The notes under the pieces: model-generated
The model's database searches: none
The model's input: only the letters and a program-made list of their open reading frames with translations
What the model was told of the DNA's origin: nothing
Virus record (IMG/VR): IMGVR_UViG_3300029922_000037
From: an uncultured virus (IMG/VR IMGVR_UViG_3300029922_000037)
Taxonomy: Duplodnaviria > Heunggongvirae > Uroviricota > Caudoviricetes
Reading direction: 5' to 3' (one strand)
Length of the DNA: 64,000 bases
Position numbers and translations under genes: made by a program
Shown: positions 38,601 through 47,217 of the stretch, in pieces
Layout of the letters: each line of letters starts with the position of its first letter
How positions within the stretch are numbered: position 1 is the first letter of the stretch

Positions 38601-40124
38601 GATGCCAATAAGCGGGTGGTGGCTGCCTTCGGCACAGGGTCCGGCAAGTCGCTGTTGCAGTTGTCTTCGTTCACCAATCTCAAGGAACAAGGAAAAGCCA
38701 AGCGCGGGCTGGCGCTTGTGCCTTCGATCGTGCAAGGGCAATTCAATGGCGAGGCGCTGCGGTATCTCGAACCAGGGAAATACAATCTCCACTGCCAGCC
38801 TGGTGCAAACCGGGCCGAACGCATCGCCGCCTACAAGAATCCGCGACATGACTTTTGTGTGATGACGCACCAGTCGTTCCGCGATGACATGGCGCACCTC
38901 GGCGCTGCCCATGCCGGCGTCTCCGACGGCGAGATGGCGGCGCGGCTGAACGCGATGACGCGGACTGGGCGAAAAGTTTGGATGAAGTCAGTAATGGACA
39001 AGGAAGGTATCGATTTTGATTATCTCACCGTCGACGAGTCGCAGAATACTCTCAACCGGGCCGGGAAGTCAAACAGCGAACTCGCCAATGTCGCCGATGC
39101 GCTTGGCGATAACACGCCGTATCTGCTACACGCGAGCGGGGATCCTGTGAAAAATGATGCCAGCGAAGTCTTCGACCTCATGAGCAAGATGGACCCAGAC
39201 CGCTACAGCGACCGCGCCGCCTTCATGCGCCGGTACGGTGCCGATACGCTCGCCAGCAAGGACGCACTCAAGCGCGAGATGGCGCGATATGTCTACCCGT
39301 CAAAAATTGACCCTGATGTCGGCGCCGACCGGAAAACCGAGACCGTGCCAATGTCAGGTGGACAAAAACTCGCGATGGCCGAAATGGACAAGCATTTCAG
39401 TGACGCCCGCTTGGCGCGCATGGCTGGGCGCGTCGATGTCGCTGCGATCCGCGCGATCTCGCCGCAGTCGTTCGCCGGCGTGCCGGAAGACCAACACGAG
39501 GCGATCGCCAAAGACCTGCAGGCAAACATCGGCATCCTCAAGCAGTCGGCACAGCAGCGAATTTTCAACACGCACGCCGATAACTCCAAGGTCGACCACA
39601 TCTCGAAGATGGCCGGCGACCGCAAGGGCAAGCCTGGCGTGGTATTCGCGCACTCGATCGATGCCGTCAAGGCAATCACGGCGCGGCTGGAGAAAGAAGG
39701 ACATCGCGTGGTGTCGCTTACCGGCGCCGACTCGGCGGTGGAGAAAGAGAAAAAGCGATTGGCGTTCAATCCTGAGACCGGGGACGCGTCGGCTGACATC
39801 ATGGTTGCCAGCGATGCCGGGGCGACGGGGATGAACATCCAGCGTGGGCAGTGGATGGTGCAAATGGATGTGCCGAATACTGCTATGGTTCATGCCCAGC
39901 GCAACGGCCGTATCTTCAGAACCGGTCAACTCAACGATGTCGAGTTGACGGACTTGATCAATGACCATCCGGCCGAGCGCGTCGCACGCGACAGGTTGGT
40001 CAAAAAGTATGGGTTACGTGATTTGATGACTTCTTCGATGGACGGGCTTGACGATACTGGCGTGGCGGCATACGTCAATCAACGCAATGTCGAGAAACAG
40101 GACTTGCAAAATACTCTTATTTGA
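35601..40124 (+). CDS. large protein with a C-terminal SNF2/SF2 helicase
   Basis: AFGTGSGKS, VDESQ, GATGMNIQRG, QRNGRIFRTGQ; start taken at MMPILFFKS. Confidence 0.88.
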   Translation: MMPILFFKSIPAGARWISVHPNGPGTKGQPVLIQPNADGSAHVIGGAGGKLNYLKIRGVRSESDYKREAEEKKKNKVEADKAQRKADKEAGLVESKKKAHADVKRQVAGKEQEFVQKVAAKMKWAPETLQFPEAKVADMSPAAAAKVRAKFHNELVARANEAVNLQKKMLVDNAAARMEADIGEIPLESKDPDVLSVADLNPVKAETGGLGFAPKYADRAEKAGLTEADLAKEVQASKQAKQDAMTPAQRNAAVAKGETAKMVAIELATIREPLVSADAHVQLVDARAAMELVKEQKALKQVQQKAQAANKEIAKTAAEPKAYVIEYTADPDADEKIEHDIESDLRTVKTKAFLSEFQRLAGDEPIETLGKYIGVGAYNSINSLALAVGGDALVDRSVVDVLGIAGAAQVLARRIHNDLPDQVERIQAGMQEFHIDHYMAASESALSDARDLMETAREIELGEMASGSDLMAGQELNQRRRRAVTDAQKVMGQTLGELEANAALVVALKQGKKESFQVSLGRTTPESAIQRARAIGLQRGDYTLDEVAGDKFLTINGAGLDRLSKPVNAADVAQVRRNIAIIRGDEDEDGWLPLGVANRPDLVMDVKPGASPSLAEPFTPGADLQQSLRDYIGGRAADGDPAADIIADIQSQAFFQKSGDNAGYRAALDAVAPLGDGRLRAETLAPKFDEYADAFVSKRYGNTRSTLNRQKFDVDQKSVDALHRALAATPEGTAAYKPIGELTDQDQRAIREFFHANVAHEDADAAELRADFEKHGAAEPERTVTDMFGEETDNPEHSDWRARRDEMAGKIKSSSLNWSKYVDAMHGNENAYAAVQDLIRSKVGKAFAETYNKLNPDKPIRLGRSVIRNNLNHLDAVDPVAREARMAQERALTDSLRERSGGKYAAGSVSDKIDAAREQQHAFEQSQMGFFADDSPPDEAKEVAVAADERHSLGHAAERQVAAMMDKVGQNFKPGQPTKIWAPSMSGGKNAARQRLVKLVDANKRVVAAFGTGSGKSLLQLSSFTNLKEQGKAKRGLALVPSIVQGQFNGEALRYLEPGKYNLHCQPGANRAERIAAYKNPRHDFCVMTHQSFRDDMAHLGAAHAGVSDGEMAARLNAMTRTGRKVWMKSVMDKEGIDFDYLTVDESQNTLNRAGKSNSELANVADALGDNTPYLLHASGDPVKNDASEVFDLMSKMDPDRYSDRAAFMRRYGADTLASKDALKREMARYVYPSKIDPDVGADRKTETVPMSGGQKLAMAEMDKHFSDARLARMAGRVDVAAIRAISPQSFAGVPEDQHEAIAKDLQANIGILKQSAQQRIFNTHADNSKVDHISKMAGDRKGKPGVVFAHSIDAVKAITARLEKEGHRVVSLTGADSAVEKEKKRLAFNPETGDASADIMVASDAGATGMNIQRGQWMVQMDVPNTAMVHAQRNGRIFRTGQLNDVELTDLINDHPAERVARDRLVKKYGLRDLMTSSMDGLDDTGVAAYVNQRNVEKQDLQNTLI

Positions 40125-40137
40125 TTATACTACTGAC

Positions 40138-40386
40138 ATGCAAACCAACATCGACACAACAACCCGCCATTTAGGCGAACTCGCCGCCATGGCGCATCAG
40201 ACTGCGGCGGCTGAACGCCGCATCCTGGAAGTTGCTGTCAAACGGCTGGCCGATGTGCAAGCCGATATCGATCGCACGCGCCCGGGCGCGATCACTACCG
40301 ATGGCGACGCCTACATGGACCTAATTCGCGAGCGCGGACAACTTAACCAAGTCATCGCGAAAGCGCGCGCCGTGCTGCAGACTTAG
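40138..40386 (+). CDS. small helical protein
   Basis: TTGCAA-N16-TATACT-6 nt-ATG leaderless arrangement. Confidence 0.65.
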   Translation: MQTNIDTTTRHLGELAAMAHQTAAAERRILEVAVKRLADVQADIDRTRPGAITTDGDAYMDLIRERGQLNQVIAKARAVLQT

Positions 40387-40415
40387 CCAACCGATTACTC
40401 GCAGCGCCGACCTTC

Positions 40416-40440
40416 GCCGCCTTCGGGCGGCTTTTTTTTT
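40416..40440 (+). terminator. Rho-independent terminator
   Basis: GCCGCC-TTCG-GGCGGC-T9. Confidence 0.9.
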
Positions 40441-40454
40441 GCGCATGTTGCCGT

Positions 40455-40468
40455 CGTGACTTGATACT
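40455..40468 (+). promoter_or_regulatory. CGTGAY-N3-A-N3-T promoter motif (capsid operon)
   Basis: gtCGTGACttgAtacT, identical core to the portal promoter, 7 nt before ATG 40476. Confidence 0.7.
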
Positions 40469-40475
40469 CGATGGC

Positions 40476-41381
40476 ATGGACGACACCCAACTATTGGCGA
40501 ATTGCCCCGAATATCTGTGCATCGGCTCGATGCTCAAGGCGACTCCGCGCATGGAGGGAAACAATCGATTCATCTATATCGAAGCATCCAACGAGGTCGA
40601 GGACCAGCAAAATGAAGTAGTTCTTCAAAAAGCGTTGCGCGATAGCGCCGATTGGTTCCTGCAGTATGGGAATCTCGATATCGACCACTATACACTGATC
40701 GGAAAACCCAATCCGAAACTTGGCACACCAGGAATACCTGGTTGTGAACTCTTCGAAATCGGGCGACCAGTAGATGTCAAATTTTCCGGCGGTGCTACCT
40801 TCGTGAAGGGTCTCATCGCTACTGGTAGTGGTCCTGCCAGCGAAAAAGCCAACGAATTCTGGTCAAGCTTGGTCGATATTAGCCCGCCAGCGCGCTGGTA
40901 CCCATCCGTCGGCGGACATGTTATGGAAACCGCAGTCGAGATCGACCCAGACACAAAAAGCCGCAAAGCGTACGTAAAAAAAGTGCGCTGGAGTAATATT
41001 GGGTTTAGTAAAACACCCGTCAATCAAGCCGTCCCGACCGTTGCGACGGTCCCGTTCGGTGTGCTTGCCAAAAGTTGGGGCGTGGCCGGTCTGGATTTTG
41101 TCAAGGCTCTCGAAGCCAGCTACAGCACCGACATGGCGAATCTCTCTGGCGGCGGCGCGCTCGGCATGCAGTCTCTCGATGGCGCACCGAAAAATTATTT
41201 CGAGTTCCGCGACATCATCGCCGGCGCCATCAAGAGCGGTGCCGCGAAACCGAACCCGAAGGCACTTATCGAATATTGCAACAAAAGATTTGGCCTCGCG
41301 CTCAGCGACGCGGCTGAGTATGTGGAGCGGTTTTACCGCGATTTGAAAACTGGTTTAAACAAAAAACGGAGTGCGACATGA
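40476..41381 (+). CDS. prohead protease
   Basis: IEASNE..DQQNEVV...YGNLDIDH...SVGG...TPVN; position before scaffold and capsid genes. Confidence 0.8.
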   Translation: MDDTQLLANCPEYLCIGSMLKATPRMEGNNRFIYIEASNEVEDQQNEVVLQKALRDSADWFLQYGNLDIDHYTLIGKPNPKLGTPGIPGCELFEIGRPVDVKFSGGATFVKGLIATGSGPASEKANEFWSSLVDISPPARWYPSVGGHVMETAVEIDPDTKSRKAYVKKVRWSNIGFSKTPVNQAVPTVATVPFGVLAKSWGVAGLDFVKALEASYSTDMANLSGGGALGMQSLDGAPKNYFEFRDIIAGAIKSGAAKPNPKALIEYCNKRFGLALSDAAEYVERFYRDLKTGLNKKRSAT

Positions 41382-42055
41382 GCGATGGAAAACAAGTTGG
41401 TGCCTTCGAGGCGCTGTTGGGCGAACTTGACATCATAGCCAAGGCACTGCCGGCAGACGGGGGCGATAAAGTCATTGCTGCCGCAGCCGGTGGCACTGGT
41501 GAAGCGGGTGGCAAGAAAGACGGTGGCAACACCGGTGGCGAAAAAGTCGAAGGCAAGAAAAAAGAAGGCGAAGGCGAAGAACTCGACGAGGATGGTAACC
41601 CGCTCGTGAAGTCGCTGACTGTCACTATCAACGGCCAGGAAGTCCAGGCTGAAGACGGTACTGCGCTGGTCAAGGCGCTGATCGGGCGCATCGACGACAC
41701 GGAAGACGTGATCGCGAAAGCGCTGTCCGCGACCATTGGCATCGTCAAGAAACAAGGCGAGGTCATCACGCGGCAAGCCGAAATCATCAAGTCGCTGCAG
41801 GGCGATGTGCAAAAAATCGGCAACCAGGGTAATGGCCGCAAGACGCTGCTGAACATTCACGACAATGCGTCGGCGACTTTAGCGAAGTCCGAAAATGCTG
41901 GACAAATCGATGGCTCGACCTTCATGGTGAAAGCCACTGCTGCCTTCGACGCTGGCAAGATCACCGGCAAAGACCTGACATTTATCGATGTCGCACTGCG
42001 CAACAACCAAGCGCGCGAAATCGATCAGTCTCTGGTCGCAAAGGTTCTGGCATAA
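41378..42055 (+). CDS. probable scaffold protein
   Basis: Acidic/coiled-coil; repeated hydrophobic-x-K[AS] sites; between protease and capsid genes. Confidence 0.7.
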   Translation: MSDGKQVGAFEALLGELDIIAKALPADGGDKVIAAAAGGTGEAGGKKDGGNTGGEKVEGKKKEGEGEELDEDGNPLVKSLTVTINGQEVQAEDGTALVKALIGRIDDTEDVIAKALSATIGIVKKQGEVITRQAEIIKSLQGDVQKIGNQGNGRKTLLNIHDNASATLAKSENAGQIDGSTFMVKATAAFDAGKITGKDLTFIDVALRNNQAREIDQSLVAKVLA

Positions 42056-42093
42056 CCCACCCCACCAACCCGTCAACTTAAAGAGGAATCAAA

Positions 42094-43608
42094 ATGGCAG
42101 GAATTTTCAATCAATATGCGGGGGTGGTACCAGGCGGTGCTAACCCTGTTCTGGGCGGCTCGCAAGGCGGGGCCCTTTCCAACTTCGAGGACTTGCAAAA
42201 AGCCCTCCAAGCCAGCAACTACCAAACCGACGTCGCGACCCTGACCGGCGGCGGCTCGCTTGGCGTTCAATCTCTCGATACGGCCATGAAAACCGTGATC
42301 CAGGAGAATGAGAACTTCACGCTGTTCAACATGCTGCAGTCGACCAACGCGACGAATATCGTCGACGAATACGTTCGTCAGACCGGTGTCGGTGGCGTGT
42401 TGGCGGGTTCGGCGAATTCTCAAATGGGCGTTGTCGCATCGGCCCAAGGCGCTTACGCTCGTGAAGTCGGCTTGGTCAAGTTCCTGATGTCCCTGCGTCA
42501 AGTCGGGTACGTCCTGAACATCGGCAAGAACATCATCGAGGCGACTGCGGTCGAAGAACGCAACGGCGCGCTGCAATTGCTGACCGATGCCGAATACATG
42601 CTTTTCCACGGCAACGCCTCGGCATCGCCGGTTCAATTCGACGGTATCTTCACGCAGATCGATGCGCAGATCGCAGCCGGCAATATGTCCAGCGGCAACG
42701 TCTATGACTTGCAGGGCGCAAAGCTGAATAGCGTACTGCCGTTCTCGACCATCAACGCGAATGTGCAGGGGTATGGTAGCTGGGGTAAGTCGACCGATGC
42801 CTTCTTGCCGATGTCTGTGCAGACCGATTTGAACACCGATCTCGACCCAGCATATCGCTGGATGCCTGCCGGATCGAATACGCCGATGCTTGGCGGCCAT
42901 GTGGAAGCAATTCGCCTGACTCACGGCGCATTGAAAACCCATATGGACACGTTCCTGCACGATACATTGAATCCGATGACCGTGCCCTGGGACGGCGCAA
43001 CCGACACGAATTACACTGCGGCGGCAACTGCCAATGCCGGTATCCTGCCGGCCAGCCTGACCATTGCAACCAATTCGGATCCGTCGAGTTCGTTCAACGC
43101 CTCGCGTGCCGGCTTATACTATTGGGCTGTCGCTGCAATCGATGCCACTGGCAAGGGTTACAGCGCCTGCGTAAAGAGCGCGCAAACTTCCGTCGCCGCC
43201 GGCTACAATGCCGTGTTGACGATTACGCGTTCGACCGCAGGAACCGAAAGCGGATACGCCTTGTATCGTTCGTACCAGAACGGCCCGAACACATCGTCGA
43301 CACTGCGGCTGTTCAAGGTCATTCCAGTCGGCGGCGCTACCACTACCTATACCGACCGGAATGCCGATATCCCCGGCACTTTCCAGGTTCCGCTGTTGAA
43401 CATGGGCCAAGCCGCCGATGCGATCGGCTGGCGCCAATTCCAACCGATGACAAAGATTCCTTTGCCTTTCGGTGTTGGCGGCGTACCCGTTATCTCGTGG
43501 TTTCAGTTCCTGTTTGGTTATCTGCGTATGACCAAGCCGAAACACCACGGCTACATCAAAAACATCTTGCCTTCTAAGGCAACGTGGCGGCCATTCACGA
43601 ACGAGTAA
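42094..43608 (+). CDS. major capsid protein
   Basis: DLQKAL...TLTGGGSLGVQSLD, EYMLFHGN, QFDGI; strong RBS; synteny. Confidence 0.88.
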   Translation: MAGIFNQYAGVVPGGANPVLGGSQGGALSNFEDLQKALQASNYQTDVATLTGGGSLGVQSLDTAMKTVIQENENFTLFNMLQSTNATNIVDEYVRQTGVGGVLAGSANSQMGVVASAQGAYAREVGLVKFLMSLRQVGYVLNIGKNIIEATAVEERNGALQLLTDAEYMLFHGNASASPVQFDGIFTQIDAQIAAGNMSSGNVYDLQGAKLNSVLPFSTINANVQGYGSWGKSTDAFLPMSVQTDLNTDLDPAYRWMPAGSNTPMLGGHVEAIRLTHGALKTHMDTFLHDTLNPMTVPWDGATDTNYTAAATANAGILPASLTIATNSDPSSSFNASRAGLYYWAVAAIDATGKGYSACVKSAQTSVAAGYNAVLTITRSTAGTESGYALYRSYQNGPNTSSTLRLFKVIPVGGATTTYTDRNADIPGTFQVPLLNMGQAADAIGWRQFQPMTKIPLPFGVGGVPVISWFQFLFGYLRMTKPKHHGYIKNILPSKATWRPFTNE

Positions 43609-43670
43609 TCGCGGCTGTCTGCGGCCCCTGGCTCCGGCCGGGGGATTATCAATCGTCGGAGTAATAGATC

Positions 43671-44000
43671 ATGCCACGAGTAATTTGTAAGTTGGAATAT
43701 GCGTCCGAGTTAATAGACGGCATCGTATTTGAACGCCACGGTGAGCATCTCATCTCGGCGGAAATATCGGACGAAAAGGCAATGCATTTTACGTCTATCG
43801 CCGGTTTTGAATTGGCTGACAGCCAGGACAGCGAGATCCTGGCGCTGACAGAACAGGCGATTGCGCTTGGCATTAAGGTTGACTCGCGCTGGAAAGTGCA
43901 ACGCCTCACCGCTGAGATCAAGAAGGTAGTTGACGCAAACGAATTCGCTGAAAAGCAAAACACGCTGACTCTGCAGAGTGCGGGCAGCGCCAAGGAATAA
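43671..44000 (+). CDS. hypothetical virion-associated protein
   Basis: GGAG RBS; LGIKVDSRWKVQRL. Confidence 0.7.
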   Translation: MPRVICKLEYASELIDGIVFERHGEHLISAEISDEKAMHFTSIAGFELADSQDSEILALTEQAIALGIKVDSRWKVQRLTAEIKKVVDANEFAEKQNTLTLQSAGSAKE

Positions 44001-44033
44001 CCGGCCGCCGGCCATTTTTTTAGAGAGAATGAA

Positions 44034-44627
44034 ATGAGCAAAGCCCCGCAGGGTTCCAACCAGGAACAAGTCAACAATTCGTCTCCGGCGATGTCCGTTG
44101 CCAAGGTAGGCGATTGCATCGGCGATCTGATCAATCTCGAAAATACGGGCATGATTACCAAGGCCGGGTTGGCGATTAAAAGCGGGGGCGCGTCGCCGCT
44201 TGCAGCAGCTGCATCAGGTTTTGTGGCTCAGGTCAACGGCGCTATCGTTTATGTGGCTGCGGCAACAAGCATGCCAGCCATTGCCGGCACGTTGCCGACT
44301 GCCGACAGCGCGGCCTGGGCGTTTTATGTGAACCAGTCGGGAACGCTAAGCGCATCGGCAATGGCCACGCCAGCATCCACCGTTGCCGGTGCAATTGCCA
44401 ATTTGGTCTCGTTGGCGGCAGCCACCGCGCCGGCCCCAGTAGGTGCTCAGCAACCAGTCTACTCGGCATTGATCGGCTTCATCGTGGTATCGAATGCGAC
44501 TGGCGGCAACTTCACTGCCGGCACGACCAATCTCGATGCTGCCAGCGTGACCACGCTGTATTTTGATGCTCTCGGTAACAGTCAGTTGGTGCCATTGCTA
44601 ACGCAGGAAAACCGCCCAATCTATTAA
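44034..44627 (+). CDS. probable head decoration protein
   Basis: Ala/Gly/Thr-rich, FTAGTTNLDAA; follows the capsid gene, precedes a terminator. Confidence 0.6.
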   Translation: MSKAPQGSNQEQVNNSSPAMSVAKVGDCIGDLINLENTGMITKAGLAIKSGGASPLAAAASGFVAQVNGAIVYVAAATSMPAIAGTLPTADSAAWAFYVNQSGTLSASAMATPASTVAGAIANLVSLAAATAPAPVGAQQPVYSALIGFIVVSNATGGNFTAGTTNLDAASVTTLYFDALGNSQLVPLLTQENRPIY

Positions 44628-44648
44628 GCCAGGACTACCCCGGCTGAC

Positions 44649-44685
44649 AAATCCGCTGTCCGGGAATACCGCTCAGCGGATTTTT
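44649..44685 (+). terminator. probable terminator
   Basis: AAATCCGCTG...CAGCGGATTTTT. Confidence 0.6.
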
Positions 44686-44696
44686 AATGGGTTCAC

Positions 44697-45800
44697 ATGA
44701 CTACGATTATTGTCGATCAAGCAGTGACGGTACCGGTTACGTTGTTGACCAATGGCGTCCCGACGCCGATCGCATCCGGGGCGACCGTCACGGCGCAATT
44801 ATTCGATGTCGTCACCGGCGCTGCGTTATTCACGCCAGCGATTACGTGCTTGTCTGGCGATGCCGGCTCAAATTGGGCTGCGGGTCTGGTTGCGGTCGCA
44901 TTGACCGCGCTTCAGACCAATACGACCGCGCCGCCGGTGGCGATGTTGGTCATCGTCGTGGACGGGAAGCCATATCGTTTCCGCCTTGATATCGAGGTGG
45001 CGAACTCTGCGCCGACGCGCTCGGATCTGTTCGTGAAAGATTTCATCGTCTCGGATATCCGTTCTGACCAACTTTATCTGTTGGCGTTGACGATCATGCC
45101 GAACCTCACCGTAACCGATGACTACATCTGGGAGAGGGTACTCGCGGCTGAATCAGATGCCAGTCGCCGCCTGCGGGTCAGGTTCGTGCCGACGGCATTT
45201 TTCCCGACGCCGCCCACAAGCGATCAGATAACGGCTCTGAACGGTATGCCGTGGGATATCGACCCCGCCTATGACTACGACCCCGCCATGTTTCAGGGAG
45301 ACAACTGGAGTTTCATCCAACTCAGGCAGCGCCCGCTAATCAGCTTGACCTCGGTCATGTACAATTACCCGAGTGAGAATGATTTCAACTACGTGTTGCC
45401 GCTGGATTGGTTCAAATGGGATTTGAAATACGGGCAACTCCGCATCGTACCGACTTCGAACATCTCGATGGCGATGCTGGGCGGCTTCATGATTCAACTC
45501 ATCGGCGCCGGGCGTGTGATACCGCATATCCTCAATATAACCTATGTTGCCGGCCTTACCGATGTCTGGCAGAAGTGGCCAGATATAATCGACCTCATCA
45601 AGAAAATGGCGGTCGTGCGCGTCATCGGCGACATGTTCTTCCCGTCCAGCGACAGCATCAGCGCCGACGGGCTCAGCCAGTCGCTGTCGGTCGACATGGA
45701 AAAGTATCGCGACATGATCGATGTCCTCATCGACGGCCCCAAGGGGCAGAATGGCGGTCTCAAGACTGCTATCCATGGTGTTCGTGGGATTGTGATGTGA
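44697..45800 (+). CDS. head-tail adaptor/neck protein
   Basis: FIQLRQRP, ITYVAG, SISADGLSQS; synteny. Confidence 0.7.
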   Translation: MTTIIVDQAVTVPVTLLTNGVPTPIASGATVTAQLFDVVTGAALFTPAITCLSGDAGSNWAAGLVAVALTALQTNTTAPPVAMLVIVVDGKPYRFRLDIEVANSAPTRSDLFVKDFIVSDIRSDQLYLLALTIMPNLTVTDDYIWERVLAAESDASRRLRVRFVPTAFFPTPPTSDQITALNGMPWDIDPAYDYDPAMFQGDNWSFIQLRQRPLISLTSVMYNYPSENDFNYVLPLDWFKWDLKYGQLRIVPTSNISMAMLGGFMIQLIGAGRVIPHILNITYVAGLTDVWQKWPDIIDLIKKMAVVRVIGDMFFPSSDSISADGLSQSLSVDMEKYRDMIDVLIDGPKGQNGGLKTAIHGVRGIVM

Positions 45801-46435
45801 TGCAGCTAAGCCCATCAAAATTTAATTCCTTCCTGGCCGGAATCGGGCAGCAGTACACCTGGCGCAAATCCTACGCCTGCCCATGCACGGACCCGCACAG
45901 TGGCGCACCGAAACCATCATGCCCTATTTGTTTCGGGAAGGGTCGTCAATGGCTTGCCGGCGTGAATGGAGTCGCCGGCATGACTGGCATGTCCACGCAG
46001 CGGGCATGGGCACAGTTCGGTCTCTATGAGAGCGGCGACGTCGTGGTCTCGATCGGATCGGACTCGCCGATGTACACAATGGGGCAGTATGACCGCGTGA
46101 CGGCATTGAACGCAACCAATCAATTCAGCGTTGTCTTGACGCATGGCGCGCAGGTGGAAGCGCTGGTGATGACGGTCAACTCGATTGATCGCGTATTTTG
46201 GTTGACGACCGATGGCACTGCAGTAGTTGAGGGCGGTATCCCTGTCGTCAATTCCGATGGCACGCTGACATGGGCTGGCGGCGCGCCGCCGGCGAATACC
46301 AAGTACACCGTCTCTGGGTCGAAGTTCTTGGACTATTTTTGCTTCGGCGACTTTCCGTCGAACCGTAACGAGCACAGCGGCGCGCCGTTGCCTAAGCGCG
46401 TTGTGCTCCGCGACTTTGATTTGTTCCGGCGTTAG
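45800..46435 (+). CDS. neck/head-closure protein
   Basis: TGATG-coupled start; ACPC...CPICFGKG. Confidence 0.7.
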   Translation: MQLSPSKFNSFLAGIGQQYTWRKSYACPCTDPHSGAPKPSCPICFGKGRQWLAGVNGVAGMTGMSTQRAWAQFGLYESGDVVVSIGSDSPMYTMGQYDRVTALNATNQFSVVLTHGAQVEALVMTVNSIDRVFWLTTDGTAVVEGGIPVVNSDGTLTWAGGAPPANTKYTVSGSKFLDYFCFGDFPSNRNEHSGAPLPKRVVLRDFDLFRR

Positions 46436-47172
46436 GGTTCGGCGAACGCCAATTTGATTACCTCATCTGCCGCCGGTTGCATGGCCTCGGCGACCTTCTT
46501 GGCGATGTACTGGCCTGGTTGCGCCGGGATGATCCAGCCTGCAGACCATTCTCCCATAACGCGAAATGTGAGATATGTACTGGACTTCGACTTCTTGCTC
46601 GAGGTGTCGAACCGGACCATTCCGTGCTGATTTGTGCCTGGCGCGTTCATGCGGTCGCCCCAGTTGTAGGTAGCGCGCTGGCGCATGCGCACGCGAGCGC
46701 CGGTACCGCCATTGTTCTGCAACGCCTTGCCAGTCACCACAGACGGCGCCATGCTCGACGCGGCTTGATAGGTATCTGCCGACATGCCGCTGACATTGTG
46801 CCTGAGGGGGATGATCAGATACCGCTGTCCGGCATGGGGGCCGGTCTTGGCGAACCGTATTTTCTTCGATGTCTGGAGCATGCGCTTGAGGTCGCGCGGC
46901 GGCCGCCCGGTCTCGATCTCTTCCGCGTATTTGTAGTTGGAACTGATCACGGCCGACAGGTCGGTAGGATACGCTACCGTGATGGACGCCATGTAGGGGG
47001 TTTTTTCACCGCTCCATAGCCGTGCCTTTTTGATTGCGTTTATCCAATCTTCCCTGGTGATTTCAGCGATGTTGCGTATGGCCTGCTTGACGCGCGGGAA
47101 GACGGCGCCATTCACGACCCTGCGAATATCGTCAGCGTTTGGTAGATCGATGGTGATGGTGTAGTCGGCCAT
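46432..47172 (-). CDS. probable neck/tail-completion protein, inverted relative to the operon
   Basis: YAEEIETG...DLK..L...RYLIIPLRH...YLTFRVM...GWIIPAQPG. Confidence 0.75.
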   Translation of the reverse strand: MADYTITIDLPNADDIRRVVNGAVFPRVKQAIRNIAEITREDWINAIKKARLWSGEKTPYMASITVAYPTDLSAVISSNYKYAEEIETGRPPRDLKRMLQTSKKIRFAKTGPHAGQRYLIIPLRHNVSGMSADTYQAASSMAPSVVTGKALQNNGGTGARVRMRQRATYNWGDRMNAPGTNQHGMVRFDTSSKKSKSSTYLTFRVMGEWSAGWIIPAQPGQYIAKKVAEAMQPAADEVIKLAFAEP

Positions 47173-47178
47173 GCCCTA

Positions 47179-47210
47179 ATTATTGCATCCCGTCGTCGTG
47201 ACTGCACAAT
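47179..47210. promoter_or_regulatory. divergent pair of CGTGAY-type promoters
   Basis: Plus: CGTGACtgcAcaaT, 7 nt before ATG 47218. Minus: CGGGATgcaAtaaT, 6 nt before ATG 47172. Confidence 0.6.
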
Positions 47211-47217
47211 AATCTGC

